The notes beneath the pieces were generated by a model. That model was not told where the DNA came from, made no database searches, and worked only from the letters and a program-made list of their open reading frames with translations. Positions 61,401-64,000 of a stretch of 64,000 bases of DNA are shown here, one piece after another. The DNA is from Eledone cirrhosa (Eukaryota). The DNA lies in contig OZ024742.1 in assembly GCA_964016885.1 (NCBI GenBank), positions 376,216,001 through 376,280,000 on the forward strand. Reading direction: 5' to 3'. Numbering within the stretch: the first letter of the stretch is position 1; each line of letters opens with the position of its first letter. The position numbers and the translations under genes are program-made.

Positions 61401-64000
61401 ACAATAATATACCTGTAACCCCTAATTCTGTACCTTCTCACCCTACAATAATATACCTGTAACCCCTAATTCTGTTCCTTCTCACCCTACAATAATATAC
61501 CTGTATCCCCTAATTCTGTTCGTTCTCACCTTACAATAATATACCTGTAACCCCTAATTCTGTTCCTTCTTACCCTACAATAATATACCTGTAATCCCTA
61601 ATTCTGTAGCTTCACACCCTACAATAATATACCTGTAACCCCTAATTCTGTTCCTTCTTACACTACAATAATATACCTGTAATCCCTATTTCTGTTCCTT
61701 CTTACCCTACAATAATATGCTTGTAACCCCTAATTCTGTACCCTCTTACCATACAATAATATATCTGTAACCCCTAATTCTGTTCCTTACCCTACAATAA
61801 TATACCTGTAACCCCTAATTCTGTTCCTTTCCACCTTACAGTAATATACATGAAACCCCTAATTCTGTTCCTTCTCACCATACAATAATATACCTGTAAC
61901 CCCTAATTCTGTACCTTCTTATCCTACTATAATATACCTGTAACCCCTAAGTCTGTACCTTCTCCCGCTACAATAATATACCTGTAACCCCTAATTCTGT
62001 TCCTTCTCACCCTACAATAATATACTTGTAACCCCTAATTCTGTACCTACTTCACCTACAATAATATACCTGTAACCCCTAATTTTGTACCTTCTTACCC
62101 TACAATAATATACCTGTAACCCCTAATTCTGTTCCTTCTCACCTTACAATAATATACCAGTAACCCCTAATTCTATACCTTCTCCCACTACAATAATATA
62201 CCTGTAACCCCTAATTCTGTTCCTTCTCATCCTACAATAATATACTTGTAACCCCTAATTCTGTACCTACTTCCCCTACAATAATATACCTGTAACCCCT
62301 GATTTTGTACCTTCTCACCCTACAATAATATACCTGTAACCCCTAATTCTGTTCCTTCTTACCCTACAATAATATACCTGTAACCCCTAACTCTGTACCT
62401 TCTCCCGCTACAATAATATACCTGTAACCCTTAATTCTGTACCTTCTCCCACTACAATAATATACCTGTAATCCCTAATGCTGTTCCTTCTCACCCTACA
62501 ATAATATACTTGTAACCCCTAATTCTGTTCCTTCTTACCCTACAATAATCTACCTGTAATCCCTAATTCTGTTCCTTCTTACCCAACAATAATATACCTG
62601 TAACCCCTAATTCTGTTCCTTCTCACCCTATAATAATATACCTGTAACCCCTAATTCTGATCGTTCTCACCATACAATAATATACCTGTAACCCCTAATT
62701 CTGTTCCTTCTTACCCTACAATAATATACCTGTAATCCCTATTTCTGTTCCTTCTTACCCTACAATAATATGCTTGTAACCCCTAATTCTGTACCCTCTT
62801 ACCATACTAATAATATATCTGTAACCCTTAATTCTGTTCCTTACCCTACAATAATATACCTGTAACCCCTAATTCTGTTCCTTCCCACCTTACAGTAATA
62901 TACATGAAACCCCTAATTCTGTTCCTTCTCACCTTACAATAATATACCTGTAACCCCTAATTCTGTACCTTCTTATCCTACTATAATATACCTGTAACAC
63001 TAAGTCTGTACCTTCTCCCGCTACAATAATATACCTGTAACCCCTAATTCTATACCTTCTCCCACTACAATAATATACCTGTAACCCCTAATTCTGTTCC
63101 TTCTCACCCTACAATAATATACTTGTAACCCCTAATTCTGTACCTACTTCCCCTACAATAATATACCTGTAACCCCTAATTTTGTACCTTCTTACCCTAC
63201 AATAATATACCTGTAACCCCTAATTCTGTACCTTCTCACCCTACAATAATATACCTGTAACCCCTAATTCTGTTCCTTCTTACCCTACAATAATATACCT
63301 GTAACCCCTAACTCTGTACCTTCTCCCGCTACAATAATATACCTGTAACCCCTAATTCTGTACCTTCTCCCACTACAATAATATACTTGTAACCCCTAAT
63401 TCTGTACCTACTTCCCCTACAATAACATACCGGTAACCCCTAATTCTGTACCCTCTCACCTTACAGTAATATACCTGTAACCCCTAATTCTGTGCCTTCT
63501 CACCTTACAATAATATACCTAAAACCCCTAATTCTGTTCCTTCTCACCTTACAATAATATACCAGTAACCCCTAATTCTATACCTTCTCCCACTACAATA
63601 ATATACCTGTAACCCCTAATTCTGTTCCTTCTCACCCTACAATAATATACTTGTAACCCCTACTTCTGTACCTACTTCCCCTACAATAATATACCTGTAA
63701 CCCCTAATTTTGTACCTTCTCACCCTACAATAATATACCTGTAACCCCTAATTCTGTTCCTTCTTACCCTACAATAATATACCTGTAACCCCTAACTCTG
63801 TACCTTCTCCCGCTACAATAATATACCTGTAACCCTTAATTCTGTACCTTCTCCCACTACAATAATATACCTGTAACCCCTAATTCTGTTCGTTCTCACC
63901 TTACAATAATATACCTGTAACCCCTAATTCTGTACCTTCTTATCCTACTATAATATACCTGTAACCCGTAAGTCTGTACCTTCTCCCGCTACAAAAATAT
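40485..64000. repeat. 44-bp satellite, about 535 copies, continuing past the window end
   Basis: Unit ACAATAATATACCTGTAACCCCTAATTCTGTWCCTTCTYACCYT; period 44 (40563 to 40607); occasional 41-bp variants. Confidence 0.99.

Noticed and set aside
37430-64000. Palindromic or regular repeats as CRISPR arrays or true telomere
   Set aside because: The units are contiguous with no unique spacers, and there are no (TTAGGG)n runs.

Overview
This is AT-rich eukaryotic repeat DNA with no confidently identifiable host gene. The SINE and LINE families resemble those of octopod cephalopods (inference). Bases 1-37400 are a nested pile of mobile elements: a Helentron-type rolling-circle locus (three tandem hairpin termini, an internal minisatellite, a decayed Rep gene, an SGNH-like fragment and an orphan antisense ORF); a 12.9-kb hAT/Buster element with intact 8-bp target duplications that splits an RTE LINE and contains further insertions; many 5'-truncated RTE LINEs; tRNA-derived SINEs; and MITEs. 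Scattered among TA microsatellites are long foldback palindromes and at least six loci with type-I minimal hammerhead-ribozyme motifs whose stems are unrelated in sequence (Penelope/retrozyme-like). Bases 37430-64000 hold two satellites: a 50-bp unit made of two dyads, and a 44-bp unit array of more than 23 kb with a telomere-like core and higher-order variant structure. All calls come from reading the sequence by eye; no searches were run, and boundaries without TIR or TSD support are approximate.
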